A stretch of 64,000 nucleotides of DNA from Tilletiaria anomala UBC 951 (GCF_000711695.1 NW_013547011.1:1-64000), one strand, 5' to 3'; shown: positions 1-11,760, counted from the stretch's first letter. The notes: generated from the sequence alone by a model not told the origin. Translations and numbers: made by a program.

Positions 1-171
1 GGTTCAACAAACCAGCTCAGCAGCTTGCTTGGCGGCTCAACGAGTCCGCTCAGCGGCCTGCTTGGGCAAGCTCAAGGCCAACTTGGCGGTTCAACGAACC
101 CGCTCATCGGCCTGCTTGGCGGTTCAACGAGCCAGCTCAGCGGTCTGCTTGGGCAAGCTCAAGGCCAGCTG
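1..171 (+). repeat. Coding tandem repeat of 33-nt (GGSTxxLxGLL) and 21-nt (GQAQGQL) units in an 87-nt higher-order period
   Basis: 33-nt units at 1-30 (partial), 31-63, 85-117 and 118-150. 21-nt units gggcaagctcaaggccaactt (64-84) and gggcaagctcaaggccagctg (151-171). Confidence 0.85.
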
Positions 172-1791
172 GGTGGTGCACAGTCCACGCTCAATGGTCT
201 GCTCGGCAACTTGCCAGTCTCTACTTCTTCAGTCGAATCGCAACTGCGCGGTCTCACTGGGAACATGGGCCTGGGCGGTGCTCAATCGCAGCTCGGCAGC
301 CTCACTGGTGCCCTCTCCAACCCTTCTACGACTCAATCGACGCTCAATGGCTTAACCTCGCAGCTTGGCCTCAGCAGCATCACCAGCTTGCTCCCATTGC
401 AGTTTCAGCAGCAGCAACAACAGCCAATCAACACCCTCACTGGCAGCGTTGGCTCGCACATCAATTCTTTGCCGGCTCACATTGGCGTGCCGGGGGCGGA
501 GAGCAACCTTGATGCCGCCAAGGGCCTAAACAGCGATGTCGGCAGCAATGCCTTCCCCGCCTCGGTGCCAACAACCTCATCTGAGTCTACGGAACAGCTT
601 CAAACTCAGATCAATCAGATGGCAAAAATGTTGAACGTCAACCCGAACACGCTCCTCTCGCAGCTCACTTCAGGAGCCGGGTCCGGCAGTTCTGCTCTGA
701 ATCAGCTACTGTCTCAGGTTGGGACCAACAATCTGCAGGGTCAGCTCAGTTCGATCACCGGCGGCCTCCCTCTCAACCAGTTGCTCCCGGGCCAACTAAC
801 GGGCGCCCTCTCCGGTGTCGTCTCGGGCCCGCAGTCATCGAATTCACTCGCAGGTCTAACCGGCACCGTGAGCAGTGTGACCAATGGTCTGCCACTGTCA
901 GGCCTGACAAGCAATCTACCCATCGGTGGCCTTGCCAACACAGCATCCGGCTTGACTGCAGCCTTGCCCAACATCGGTACAGGCCTTCTTGGAGGTCTGC
1001 TCGGGACCCACTTGCCATTGAACCTTCAGCAGCAGGTAGGCAACCGCAGCTCGCATGTGAACGACACAATCGCCTCGATTCGCCCTTTGTCGACGACCAA
1101 CACCACTCCCCTTGGTACGTTCAATGGAACAGCAATTGCCAATGCGAGTGCTCCGGTTCAGATGCCGCCGTCCATCGTCCCTCTTGCTGCAGAGATGCCT
1201 CACGGTACGAGTAGCATGCTGCGTGCGACCACGGTGGTTCCAACACTCTTAGCCGCATCTGCCTCTGCAGCGCCAACGGCTCTCAGCAATGTCAGCGATG
1301 TTATACCCACTCCATCTGCCTGGTCAGTCGCGCCCATTTCATTACCCACACCAGCGCAGTCCTTCATCGCGTACGTCTCCCAGTACACCGATAAAGCGAT
1401 GGACCCCACTTCAACTTGGACAGCCTCTTTGGCAGCTCCCACTATCTTGCATGCGTCTAAACTACCTTCATCCCCAAGCTCAGCATTGGTGAGCACAAAA
1501 GATGCTAGCAATGGCGCGGCATCGGGGGGTGCCAGCGACAAGAACACCGTTCCCTCATCTTCCAACCCAAAGCAGGATACCAGCAGCAGCAGCAGCACCA
1601 CCACCACCAGCAATAGCACGCCGACGGCCTCCAGCAAGGCCATCGCCGAACGAGACGACATGGGATTCAGCCTGCCCCCAGGCACGAAGCCGTACCCAAC
1701 CGAGGCAATCGTCTACCCTTCCAGCTCTGCCGTCGCTAGGCACCGCCGATTCCACAAGGCCGCCGGCCGCGGCCTTGGCTTCAGACACTGA
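1..1791 (+). CDS. Low-complexity Gly/Ser/Leu/Gln-rich repeat protein, 5' end outside window (probably a secreted/surface protein)
   Basis: Frame 1 is open from base 1 to TGA at 1789-1791. It has GGST-x-x-L-x-GLL and GQAQGQL repeats, very few charged residues in the first ~340 aa, a Ser/Thr/Pro-rich linker and a basic C-terminal tail (ARHRRFHKAAGRGLGFRH). Confidence 0.7.
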   Translation, partial: GSTNQLSSLLGGSTSPLSGLLGQAQGQLGGSTNPLIGLLGGSTSQLSGLLGQAQGQLGGAQSTLNGLLGNLPVSTSSVESQLRGLTGNMGLGGAQSQLGSLTGALSNPSTTQSTLNGLTSQLGLSSITSLLPLQFQQQQQQPINTLTGSVGSHINSLPAHIGVPGAESNLDAAKGLNSDVGSNAFPASVPTTSSESTEQLQTQINQMAKMLNVNPNTLLSQLTSGAGSGSSALNQLLSQVGTNNLQGQLSSITGGLPLNQLLPGQLTGALSGVVSGPQSSNSLAGLTGTVSSVTNGLPLSGLTSNLPIGGLANTASGLTAALPNIGTGLLGGLLGTHLPLNLQQQVGNRSSHVNDTIASIRPLSTTNTTPLGTFNGTAIANASAPVQMPPSIVPLAAEMPHGTSSMLRATTVVPTLLAASASAAPTALSNVSDVIPTPSAWSVAPISLPTPAQSFIAYVSQYTDKAMDPTSTWTASLAAPTILHASKLPSSPSSALVSTKDASNGAASGGASDKNTVPSSSNPKQDTSSSSSTTTTSNSTPTASSKAIAERDDMGFSLPPGTKPYPTEAIVYPSSSAVARHRRFHKAAGRGLGFRH

Positions 1792-2131
1792 GTCCAACTA
1801 ACAAATTGACCAGAGAAAGCTTCAGTGACAGCAACTGTTGCAAAGCATGTACATTGATGTTGCATCAATAATATGCTATGATCTTCGCAAATACTCTTTA
1901 CTTGATGGATCTCGCGCAACCCGATGAATTGTATGGCTTCGGCAGGATGTCAAAAAGGACCCCTTTGACGCCACCTCGTTAACGATCCGAGTAGTGCGTG
2001 ATTGAATGCATTTTCATAGTGATACAAGTGACATGCAAGAACATGCCTGTCTTGACATGACACAGGAAAGCAGTCCTCCATCCGACCCTGCTTCCCACAG
2101 AGAGCTCTCAGGTAGCGGAACACCCACCCGT

Positions 2132-2744
2132 TTAGTGGGCAATGATACCGTCGAAGCGCTGCTTGAACCAAGCGGCGGTCTCCTCCTTCCTGACCCTGTG
2201 TGGTGCACCAACCCGTGAAACCTGCTGCCTGCGCTTGGCGACGCGAGCGCCCGGACGGGTCATGCAAATGAAGAAGTCCATACCGAAAATACCAATTGAC
2301 GGATCGTACTTGATGCCCAAGTCAATGTGCTAGAGGGGAAGGGAAAAACGGTGTAAGGAATATGGCTTCCTTTCATCATATGTGGTGGCTAAAGACCATT
2401 GACCCCTGACTCACCTCAGTAACACCGAAGCCGAAGTTACCAGTGTCGCTGAAGTTCCTTCGCCTCAATTCGTACTCCTTAACCTTGAGGCCACGCTCGA
2501 GGATCTCCTCAGCCTTGGGTCCACGGATGGTGACGTGGCATGCGATCTTCTCGTTACGCCTAATACCAAAACCGCGTAGAGTGTAGCGGGCCTTGGAAGT
2601 GACCGGAGTCTGGCCAGTAAGCTGCTCCAGAACCTTGCAGGCACGAGTCAGCCTGTCACCGGACTCTCCCACAGAGATGTTGATGACGAGCTTGTCAACC
2701 TTAAGCTCCTTCATCGGGTTGATCGCCTTGCTTGCTTCCGCCAT
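2132..2744 (-). CDS. RPL11: 60S ribosomal protein L11 (uL5); exons 2744-2415, 2329-2132
   Basis: [27 protein letters not shown]...[31 protein letters not shown]...TAG intron at 2414-2330. An acceptor at 2752 just upstream of the ATG indicates a 5'-UTR intron. Confidence 0.97.
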
Positions 2745-3616
2745 TTTGACTCTGCGAGAAGTGTCAGCAGCTGTCAGTCAGCCATGTGGTCGTGTCAATT
2801 GAATTTGAAGCAGGAAAACATTTGTCGCAACTGCTCGTGGCTTGGGATGGCCAAGACAATTGCAGTCCAATGCGGGAGCGGTTTCATCTAGCTGGTCTGC
2901 TCCTTTTGCCTCGTTTTCCTTATGCCAGAGCGTCATCCGCCGGAAAGCGATACAGCCTCCTTCTCGAGTGGGATTGCCATGGCTAAGAGCCAGCAGGTGC
3001 AAAGGCCGGACAGCACTCTGATAACGCATCCCTACCTGCGCTGTCTAATGATGCTTTGTGCTTTGCGCAACTGCAGCAGGAGACTGCCCATAGGGCCCTC
3101 CAAAAACTTCACATCTCCCAAGTTGAGGCTGGATGTCTGCACTCGACGTGATCCAGCCAGGCATCCGGATGCCCAACTTTCCACGCAGGTTGGCATTCAG
3201 GCTCCTTGACCAGTCCTGGCTCGCTTCCTTCTGCCCATGATACCGCTTGGCGCACCTTCGTGATACCTGCTACCTTCTTGAACACTCACAATGTCGCTGT
3301 TTGTTCCGTGTGACCCAACTTTGACCTTAGATGAACGGTGACAGCCAAAGCGGTATCATTTCCAAATGTTGTAAAGTGCCAAATGCTGTAGGTTCAGAGG
3401 CGAGAGCGCGCGCGGTTGTGGGCACGCCGCAGCTGCGGAATTTATTCAGCCCGCCACAATCTTCCGCTGGTGCCTGGCAGGTGGAGACGACGCGCTGGCT
3501 GAGGATCTTCCCAAGTACGCTTGGGACCTTGAGATTGATTGCAGCTACTTGATCCAGGCTTCTCTGATCCTCAACACGCATTGTTTGGGAGACACGCAGT
3601 ACGCACAGCCGCCATC

Positions 3617-5167
3617 ATGAGTTCAGAATCCCTCGTCTTCAAGGGCTCGCTTGCCGGGCACAAGGGCTGGATCACGGCTATCGCCACCAGCAGCGAGAAC
3701 CCGGACATGCTTCTGACCGCCTCGCGTGGTGAGTTTCACTCAAAAGTCGACCACCCTCTCGGATGCCCAATGAAGGACCTCTCCCTGACCACGAAAGGAT
3801 TTCGGGTCTTCTCAACGTGATTGGCGGTATGGAGGGAATCAAACAGGCCGGTTATGATTGAGCTGGTCGCGGGGATTGCAGCTAGCTGCCGCATCGACCA
3901 CCGCGTTGGAGCAGCGGTTAATTGTTCACTGGTGTGCATGGCAAAGACTGGTGCAAGATGGGCGGAGCCATACCGTCGCCTTTGAATTGGGATGCATACC
4001 TCTAGGCTCTAGAGAAGGGCTCTCAGAACTGCAATGCTTGAACTTCGCGCTGTGCGAAATCTGATAACTGACATGCTTTGTTGCCCTTGCAGACAAGACC
4101 ATCATTGTCTGGCAACTGACTCGGGAGGACAACCACGGCTTCCCCAAGAAGATCCTTCACGGCCACAACCACTTTGTCTCTGACATCGTGATTTCTTCTG
4201 ACGGCCAGTTCGCTCTTTCGTCATCTTGGGACAAGACTTTGCGTCTTTGGGACCTCAACACTGGTGCGACCGCCCGCCGCTTCGTCGGCCACACTTCTGA
4301 TGTGCTCAGCGTCAGTTTCTCTGCTGACAACAGGCAGATTGTCAGTGCTAGCAGGGACCGGACCATCAAGCTCTGGAACACTCTTGGAGAATGCAAGTTC
4401 AACATTACTGATGACGGTCACTCGGAGTGGGTCAGCTGCGTCAGGTTCAGCCCGAACCCGAGCAACCCAGTCATTGTCAGCGCTGGTTGGGACAAGGTAG
4501 TCAAGGTGAGTTTGCTTGGGACAAGTGGAACTTGAATAAGGGAAGGCTGTTGGTTGCGGTGATGATTGTTTTAATATTTGCTACTACGGAGGGTCCTTTG
4601 GGGTCTCGGTGAGAACATTTTAAACCACCAAGATCGCTGAGCGCATTTTAGCCAGAAGGAACGTTCATGGGGGCATGGCAGTGTGGGCAAATTCAGATAG
4701 GCATTGGCCCAGCACTGACAAATACTGCTCATGTTTCCTTGGTAACGTAGGTCTGGGAACTGTCGAAGTGCAAGTTAAAGGCAAACCACTTCGGCCACAC
4801 TGGCTACATCAACACTGTCACTATCTCACCGGATGGCTCGCTCTGCGCGTCCGGTGGAAAGGACGGCATCACCATGCTGTGGGAGCTTTCGGAGGACAAG
4901 CACCTCTACTCGCTCGAGGCTGGTGATGTTGTGAACGCCCTCGTCTTCTCGCCCAACCGATACTGGCTGTGTGCGGCGACTGCATCCTGCATCAAGATCT
5001 TCGACCTCGAGAGCAAGAGCATCGTTGACGAGCTCAAGCCCGAGTTCACCGGCGTTGGCAAGGACAGCAAGGACCCAGAGTGCCTCAGCTTGGCATGGAG
5101 CGCCGACGGCCAGACACTCTTCGCTGGCTACTCTGACAACATCATCAGGATCTTCACCGTTCTGTAA
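3617..5167 (+). CDS. ASC1: RACK1/Asc1/Cpc2 WD40 40S ribosomal scaffold protein; exons 3617-3728, 4093-4505, 4751-5167
   Basis: [11 protein letters not shown]...[53 protein letters not shown]. Canonical GT-AG introns restore the frame. Confidence 0.97.
4555..4645 (+). ncRNA. SNR24: U24 (snR24/SNORD24) box C/D snoRNA in ASC1 intron 2
   Basis: Box C GTGATGA 4559-4565 and box D CTGA 4637-4640 with a TGCG/CGCA terminal stem. D' CGGA 4587-4590. Guides AATATTTGCTACTAC (4573-4587) and ACCACCAAGATC (4624-4635) are complementary to the conserved LSU rRNA segment GAUCUUGGUGGUAGUAGCAAAUAUU. The host gene is the same as for yeast snR24. Confidence 0.93.
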
Positions 5168-6671
5168 TAATTGGGCGACCAATTCACACAGGCGAACCTG
5201 TACGGCACACGAATGCGAAATCTTGTGCATGCTACCGATGATTCTTTGGGGTGTCGCGGGACGGAGAACGGACGTGCCCACAAAAGCTTGCTGCATTGGG
5301 TAGGGGCTCCGCCAGCCCCACGCGCGACCGTTGGTTGCTTTTTCCGCAATGTATAGCATAGTTTGCAATTATGAACTGCATGAGACTCGCATCATTTCTT
5401 GGATGGCGGGCACAATCGAAAAACAATCAAAGGGGGAGAATCAGATGGCGGAGGTTGCAGAGTCGTCGCCTATCGCTTGTCATCAAACTTCATTGTCCAT
5501 GCGAGCAAAGCAAAAAAACATGTTTGCTTCAGCACAGCCAGGTGGGGCGAGCGACTTGGCATGTCCACTTTACCACGCAGCACATCCCAGTGCAACATAG
5601 CAGGGGAGATCGCGACGCCACACTCCCTTCCCTATCCAAAGTCACAGACGAGTGCCGAGTGTGGTGGTGACGATGAGGTGTGTATAATTATGAATATGTA
5701 TGCGCTACGCACTTCTAGGCTCTCATTTTCAGAAGGCGGAATTACCAGCCACCAAACGACATCCAGCAATAGTGTATGCAATGGATGCCACAGATTACAC
5801 AGCTGGGCAGGATGGACGCTGCTGGCTTCTGGAGCTGGTGAAGGAGACACAATTTACGCATGTGTAGCAAGGGAGCAATACACTGTACACGCATTTATAT
5901 GTACCATTGTAGACTGCGGAATGCCGACGTCTTTTTCCATAAATAACAGGAGCTGCGTCCCTTCAATGGTGTTGCTGATATGCTCGTGTGCCGTGTGCCA
6001 ACGTGGATCAAAAATGGGTGCCGTGCGGTTAGCTGCTAGATTTCAAATAGACAGCAGACCCCAGTTGAAACGAATATACATGGGTCCCCAGCCCCGGCTA
6101 CTGCTTGAGCTTGCATCGAGGTCAACTGTCCGCATGTTACTTGTCCCCATATGTAGTCACCTATCCCTGGCGCGGCCTTGCAGAGTGGCCGGGTGTAGCG
6201 CTGGATAAGAGGTCGCAACTCGCGAGAGGGTTTCGGGTGGCACAGCCTCTTTTTCGTCGAGAGGGCCCGACTACGCCCCGGCTCCAGGCAGTACGTAAGC
6301 CACACCACCTCACAAGCGACCCAAGACTCCAGCGAAGTCGCGAGATCCTGCTGCCTGCAGTAGCCTGCGGGACATCATCGGTCCAGCAAGCGAGACTTGT
6401 GCGCCCATCCACCCATAGAGACAGACCCATATGTCGAGTGCAGACTGTGCTGTGCTGCGTCTGTCGAAGTGGGCCTTGGTCCTTATCATCTCTCCCTCAT
6501 CAATTCCACTACCCCACAATGGCCATTGCCATCGTCTCTGTTCCACATGTATTTATATAGCCCACAATCAGTTCAACCAAGTCAAGTATCTTTCAGACCT
6601 GTTGCACCAACCGCCAACGGATTGTCAGAAGTCCAATCATCACACTTGCAAGCCCTCTGCAATCAGGCACT

Positions 6672-7975
6672 ATGACCAACAACAACACTCTGACGACCAC
6701 CGAGACAGACCTCGCGACATTCGCGAATGCGGATGCCAGTGACAATGCGACTACGGCCAAAGTGCCGGTCAAGCCAATCACCAAGCCTCCGTCGGATGGA
6801 ATTATCAAGATTCAGCCGCTTCGCAAGCAGGATATGCAGCCAACCTTTGCGCAGGGTACGTCAGATACAACATATGGTTACCCGTGAAATTCACTGACAT
6901 TTCATCTCTGCATCACTCTCTTTGGTCGCCTGAACTGGCTAGAGCTTGGAGCTGCTGACGTCAACTATGGATTTTACGGCGCCATGATTAACTGCTTGGG
7001 AACGATTGCGGGCGGCCTGGGTCAAATTCCGTGCTGCTTCTGCTGCCCAAACCCATACAAGGAGGTCCCGCAGGGGTCGGTCGGTCTCATCACTCGTTTC
7101 GGGCAAGCTATTCGCAGTGTTGACCCTGGTCTTGCGCACATCAATCCTTGCTCCGAGTCGATCAAGATCGCTAACGTCCAGATCCAGCTCAGTACTTTGC
7201 CGAGGCAGCAGGTGAGCGGCAAGTCAGCATTCCTTGAGGGAGTACACATCGCTGACTTGTTCATTTCCCAAAGGTGCTTACCCGGGATTCTGTCAATGTG
7301 GAAATAGACTCAGTCGTCTACTACCACATCTCCAATCCATACAAGTGCGTTTTCTTCTGGCACGGTAAATTGAACCAATATGCTGACGAAGGTTGCCTCG
7401 TTGGCGCCAGAGCTATCTTCGGCGTTGCAGATGTGCGTCAAGCGCTGATTGAGCGTGCACAAACCACGTTACGCCACGTCGTCGGCTCCCGTAATCTGCA
7501 ATCTGTAATCTCTGACCGCGAGGCGGTTGCGGCTGAGATTCAAGAGATCGTCGAATCCGTCTCAGAGCAATGGGGTGTCACTTGCGAAAGCATTCTCATC
7601 AAGGACATCATTTTGTCTCACGAGACGCAAGAATTGCTATCGAGCGCTGCGACGCAGCGACGCATCGGAGAGAGCAAGATTATCGGTGCCAGGGCTGAAG
7701 TCGAGGCTGCGAAACTGATGAGGCAGGCCGCCGACATTCTCGCAAGCCCTGCAGCCATGCAGATCAGGCAGCTTGAGGCTCTACAAGCCATGGCAAAGAG
7801 CAGTGCGTCCAAGACGATATTCGTTCCAATGAACCTGGATTCTATGGGTGGCGCTTCGATGACGGATGCCACAAGTGCTCAAATTACCGCTAGTGGGGTC
7901 GGTGGACGCAGCAGCAATGCCAACTACAATCTCAGAGATATTGCCACCATGAACCAGCTCGCCGAGCAGCGTTGA
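6672..7975 (+). CDS. Stomatin/band-7 (SPFH) family membrane protein; exons 6672-6855, 6943-7211, 7274-7344, 7411-7975
   Basis: Cys cluster CCFCCPNPYKEVPQGSVGL, LTRDSVNVEIDSVVYY, AQTTLRHVVG, AAKLMRQAADILASPAAMQIRQLEAL. Confidence 0.92.
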
Positions 7976-9595
7976 GCTAGCGTTAGTCTTGGTCCCATGC
8001 ACAGCCTTTTGGAGACCATCTACTGCTACGCAACGAGGCTCTTCCTGGTCGCCCTCACTTGGCGCCTCCTGTACGAACTTTGGTCGACTTGAACATACCA
8101 TTTGTAGTAGTACTGAAGCGGCCTTAGCAACTACGGACCCGCAACGTGGCCTTTTGAAACCATTTCAGCCCTGGGGGTTTTTTTTTGTGGAACCAATGCG
8201 CGTTGCACGGGTAATGTACAGTACTGCATCAATGAAGAAGAAATCATCGGATTTGCCTTCATGCGTTTCGACTGAGTGCCAACGCTCAGACGCTCCAGGG
8301 AGCGCTCCACAACGCGAGTAGCTGCCTCAACCGCTCTCGAGCCTGCAAACTCTTGCGCCTCGGTCATGTATATTCTGATTTCCATCGAGGACTCAAGACT
8401 TAAACGCGATAGAAGAGACGGCTGAAGACTGCTGTGCCAATCACAGTCAATAGTCGAAATGCCAAAAGCGGCAGCTCTGAAGTGGGTCAAGCGCAGGTTA
8501 CTCCGTCAAGGGGACGACCTCCTGGTCGAGACCAATGGAAAGCCCGAGGTTCAATGAAAAAGAGAAGTCCTGATGTTGCAGCAATGGATCTAATTTAATT
8601 TCGAGGCAAACCACCTACGTATTGTATGGACTCGCACATCCACATGTCGATTTCTTTCTTTTTTAGCTCCTCGGCAGCAGTCAGTACAGCACTTGGCCAG
8701 AGGCATTGGCGGATAGTCCATACAGGTTCATAGCAAAGCCCATTCACCAGCATCACCGAGCGCGAGGGCAGCAGAGAGTCCGCCAGTGGCGCGCTTCACT
8801 GTTGAGCCACTCGTCATTTGGGGAAAACTTGGACGCCAGGCGACGCAGCGTCCAAAAGCGCTCACGTGCCTGCGCAAAAGCTGGATGGGCTGCGGAAAGG
8901 GATCCTGATGGAGCCTGTCGCTCGTGCCACCGCCTGTGATGGATCCATCACCTCGTGGTTCATAGCAATCAACCGGCGCATCCATGTCGAATCTGGGCTT
9001 ATCCGACCGCCAATCTTCGGCACACGATGCCAGCGTGTGCGTCACTTGCTCTGGATGAAAACATCTTCTTTGGAAGTTGGTGTGGAGGTGTGAAGAGCGC
9101 CGCAAAGTGCAAAGGTTATCGCAAGTAGGCGCTTCTTAACGCCACACCCTCGAACCCCCGCCATAAAAGTGATCAGCGCGCGGGCCTCTCTCAATACTCA
9201 ATCCGGAGGTGATCAACCTTCCTCTCTTCACGACATACGCCTAGTCTTCGTGTTGATCGCGGGAGCGAGGACAAACCAGGTCTTGCTCGCTTTCAGTATT
9301 GTCCAGTCCCACCGTTCATCCAGCTACTCAGAAAAGCACGCGTGGGCGAAGCCTACAACCCAGTGCGCTCGCGCATGCTACCACCGTGTTGCGCGAGTGC
9401 TGGAAATCAACACCTGCTTTGCGTCCAGCACGAATTCAGCCTTCCGAGCAAAGTCTTTACGCCTCGATTCCCTCGCTGCCATCTCCGCTCTATTTGAATA
9501 CAGCAAAGAGAAGGGCGCTCGCTGCATTATCTCCTCTTCCCGGTTCCATCTGCTGGCGTTCGTTGTGATTAACTGGGTTTCACAGGCTTCCCATC

Positions 9596-10519
9596 ATGGG
9601 CTCGGTGGCAGAAGGATCACTGCAGCCATCCGAGCAGGCGCAAGAGTTGCCACCGAGCTCGCCATCGAGTGCTTCGCCGCCTCGCATTCGTTTCATCGAT
9701 GCGGCAGAGGCAGCATCCATCGATGAAAAGCTCATGTCTGCAGAGGGAGGCTTCAGCATCGACCAGCTGATGGAGCTCGCTGGTCTGGCATGCGCACAAA
9801 CGGTCTATGCGTGCTACCCGCCGGACCAGTTTCCCAGCGTGTTAGTTGCTGCGGGCCCAGGAAATCAAGGCGGTGACGGACTTGTTGCTGCGCGGCATCT
9901 GCACCATTTTGGATACGATGTCAAGGTGTGCTACCCAAAGCAAGGAAAGACAGACCTGTTTGCCGTGAGTTTGGCGTACCAGATGTGTCATCCGTCAGCA
10001 CTGATGACGCGGAATCATTCACTTGTGTAGCGGCTCAAAAGGCAGCTCCAGAACCTTAAGATCACCATCGTTGGCGCCGATGACTTTGAAGATGCGTACG
10101 AGCAGACGGATGTTATGCTGGACTGCATCTTTGGCTTTAGCTTCAAAGGGGAAGTGCGGCAGCCATTCAAGGATATCATCGGCCTCTGGAAGAACGATTC
10201 GCTCGTGGAATTCGAATTCCGGCGACACCAGCCTCCGATCGTCAGCGTGGACATTCCATCAGCATGGGACGTAGAGAAAGGAAACGTCAACGGCAGCTTC
10301 ACACCTCAGGTCTTGCTTTCGCTATCAGCGCCAAAGCTCGGCAGTGCTGCGTTCGGCGGCCGACACTTTCTCGGTGGCCGCTTCATCCCGGATGAGCTGG
10401 AACGTGAGATGGATCTTCTCCTTCCGGACTTTGAGGCGGACTCGCAGATTGTCGAGATCACTGGTGCACACCCGCTCGATCGGAAGGCTGTCGAGGAGCT
10501 GCGAGCAAGCAAAGAGTGA
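9596..10519 (+). CDS. NNR1: NAD(P)H-hydrate epimerase (YjeF_N / NAXE); exons 9596-9964, 10031-10519
   Basis: IDQLMELAGLACA, GPGNQGGDGLVAARHL, DCIFGFSF and VSVDIPSAWDVE motifs. Confidence 0.93.
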
Positions 10520-11713
10520 GACGGGCAAGCGCGCACAGAGTGAGGGCATCGGTGGCGCCTTGACTTGTCTTCGGGAAGAAGACGGCTCGCTCCTGCATCC
10601 CAACACGCCAAACTGAAGATGGACGCTCGCTTCTCCGGCCCATTACAGGAGTATTTCAAGATTTGCAACGACACGTTCCATCATCTCCTGCATTTGATGG
10701 GACAGTGCCACCCGATCGCAATTCTGCGCGCCACAAGGCGCTTTCTCAAGCGACGGTAGTCAACGACACCATTCAAGCTAAATGGCAGCACATCTAGCCG
10801 ACCAACAGTGGTAGCAAGAGTCAGAATGCAATGTACACGGTTGCTGATACACAAGCCCACGAGCGGCCCGCTAATGCCAGAACGGCCCCTGATCATTGCG
10901 ACGCGTCGTTAGTCACGCGCACCGCCAGAAGCGGGCAACAGTGGCAGCTGCATTCACGATAGCGCTCAGTATGATGACACCGAAAGATCAGCAGTTGCAG
11001 CAGCAGCAGCAGTAGCGCTCAACGTGCGCCGGGTAATACAGCCACATCATGGGCACTAACGCCTTCACATTCTCACTTTATGGTCAACGCAAAGAGGCGA
11101 GTCGCGATGACTGTTGCGGAGGGTGCGTTCGACATCCTTTTTGCAGAGAATTTCCACTTGTCTGCTCCTGCGCGCTTCTTTCTATTTCAATTGCACGCCT
11201 TTGGCGTTGAAGCATGCAGCAGGCGAATTGCCCTTGCCAAGAGCGAGAGCTTCGAAATCACGAGGTGCTCATTGCAAACCGACTTTCCAGTCCGCAAGGC
11301 AGATCCGCAGATGTAAAATAGCATGAATGGACCAGGTGGGAAGTGCAACATGAAAAATATCTGAGGATGTAGGCGGTGGAGTCGACGGTGAAGAGACTCC
11401 CAATGTTCGTTGCTGTACACCACCATTAGCGATCATCATTTGGTAGCTGTTGGGTTTGAACCGTAGCGCTATCCAACCCTTCCCCCTCCTCTCTCATTGA
11501 AGGGCCAAGATGGCGCTCGCCTTAGTTCGAACCCAAGTCCCAATCCGGTATGTATCTGGTCGTCTTCTTTCTGGATTGCACCGATCTGCACACATTAACG
11601 AGAGTGAAGTCTAAGCCGAATATCCTGCAGTGATAAGGAGCTTTGGGTGCCTCCACTTTGGGTGTTGTCGTTTTCGACGGCGGAAAGGACGCGTTCCGCC
11701 CTCATACGAAGGG

Positions 11714-11721
11714 TATATAAA
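11714..11721 (+). promoter_or_regulatory. TATA box of the U1 snRNA gene
   Basis: TATATAAA ending 40 nt before the U1 5' end, followed by a pyrimidine-rich stretch. Direct repeats CTTTGGGTG at 11641-11649 and 11656-11664 lie further upstream. Confidence 0.65.
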
Positions 11722-11760
11722 CACCTCGCGAACGTTCATTCTCCTTTGACTCTTTTCCTC

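Noticed and set aside
1..171. Repeat-spacer-like periodicity
   Set aside because: Coding tandem repeat in a eukaryote, not a CRISPR array.
5399..6208. 269-aa ORF downstream of ASC1
   Set aside because: No recognisable motif and non-coding-like composition; probably spurious.
11525..11533. GTTCGAACC, Pol III B-box/tRNA T-loop-like
   Set aside because: No A box, T-stem or cloverleaf around it.
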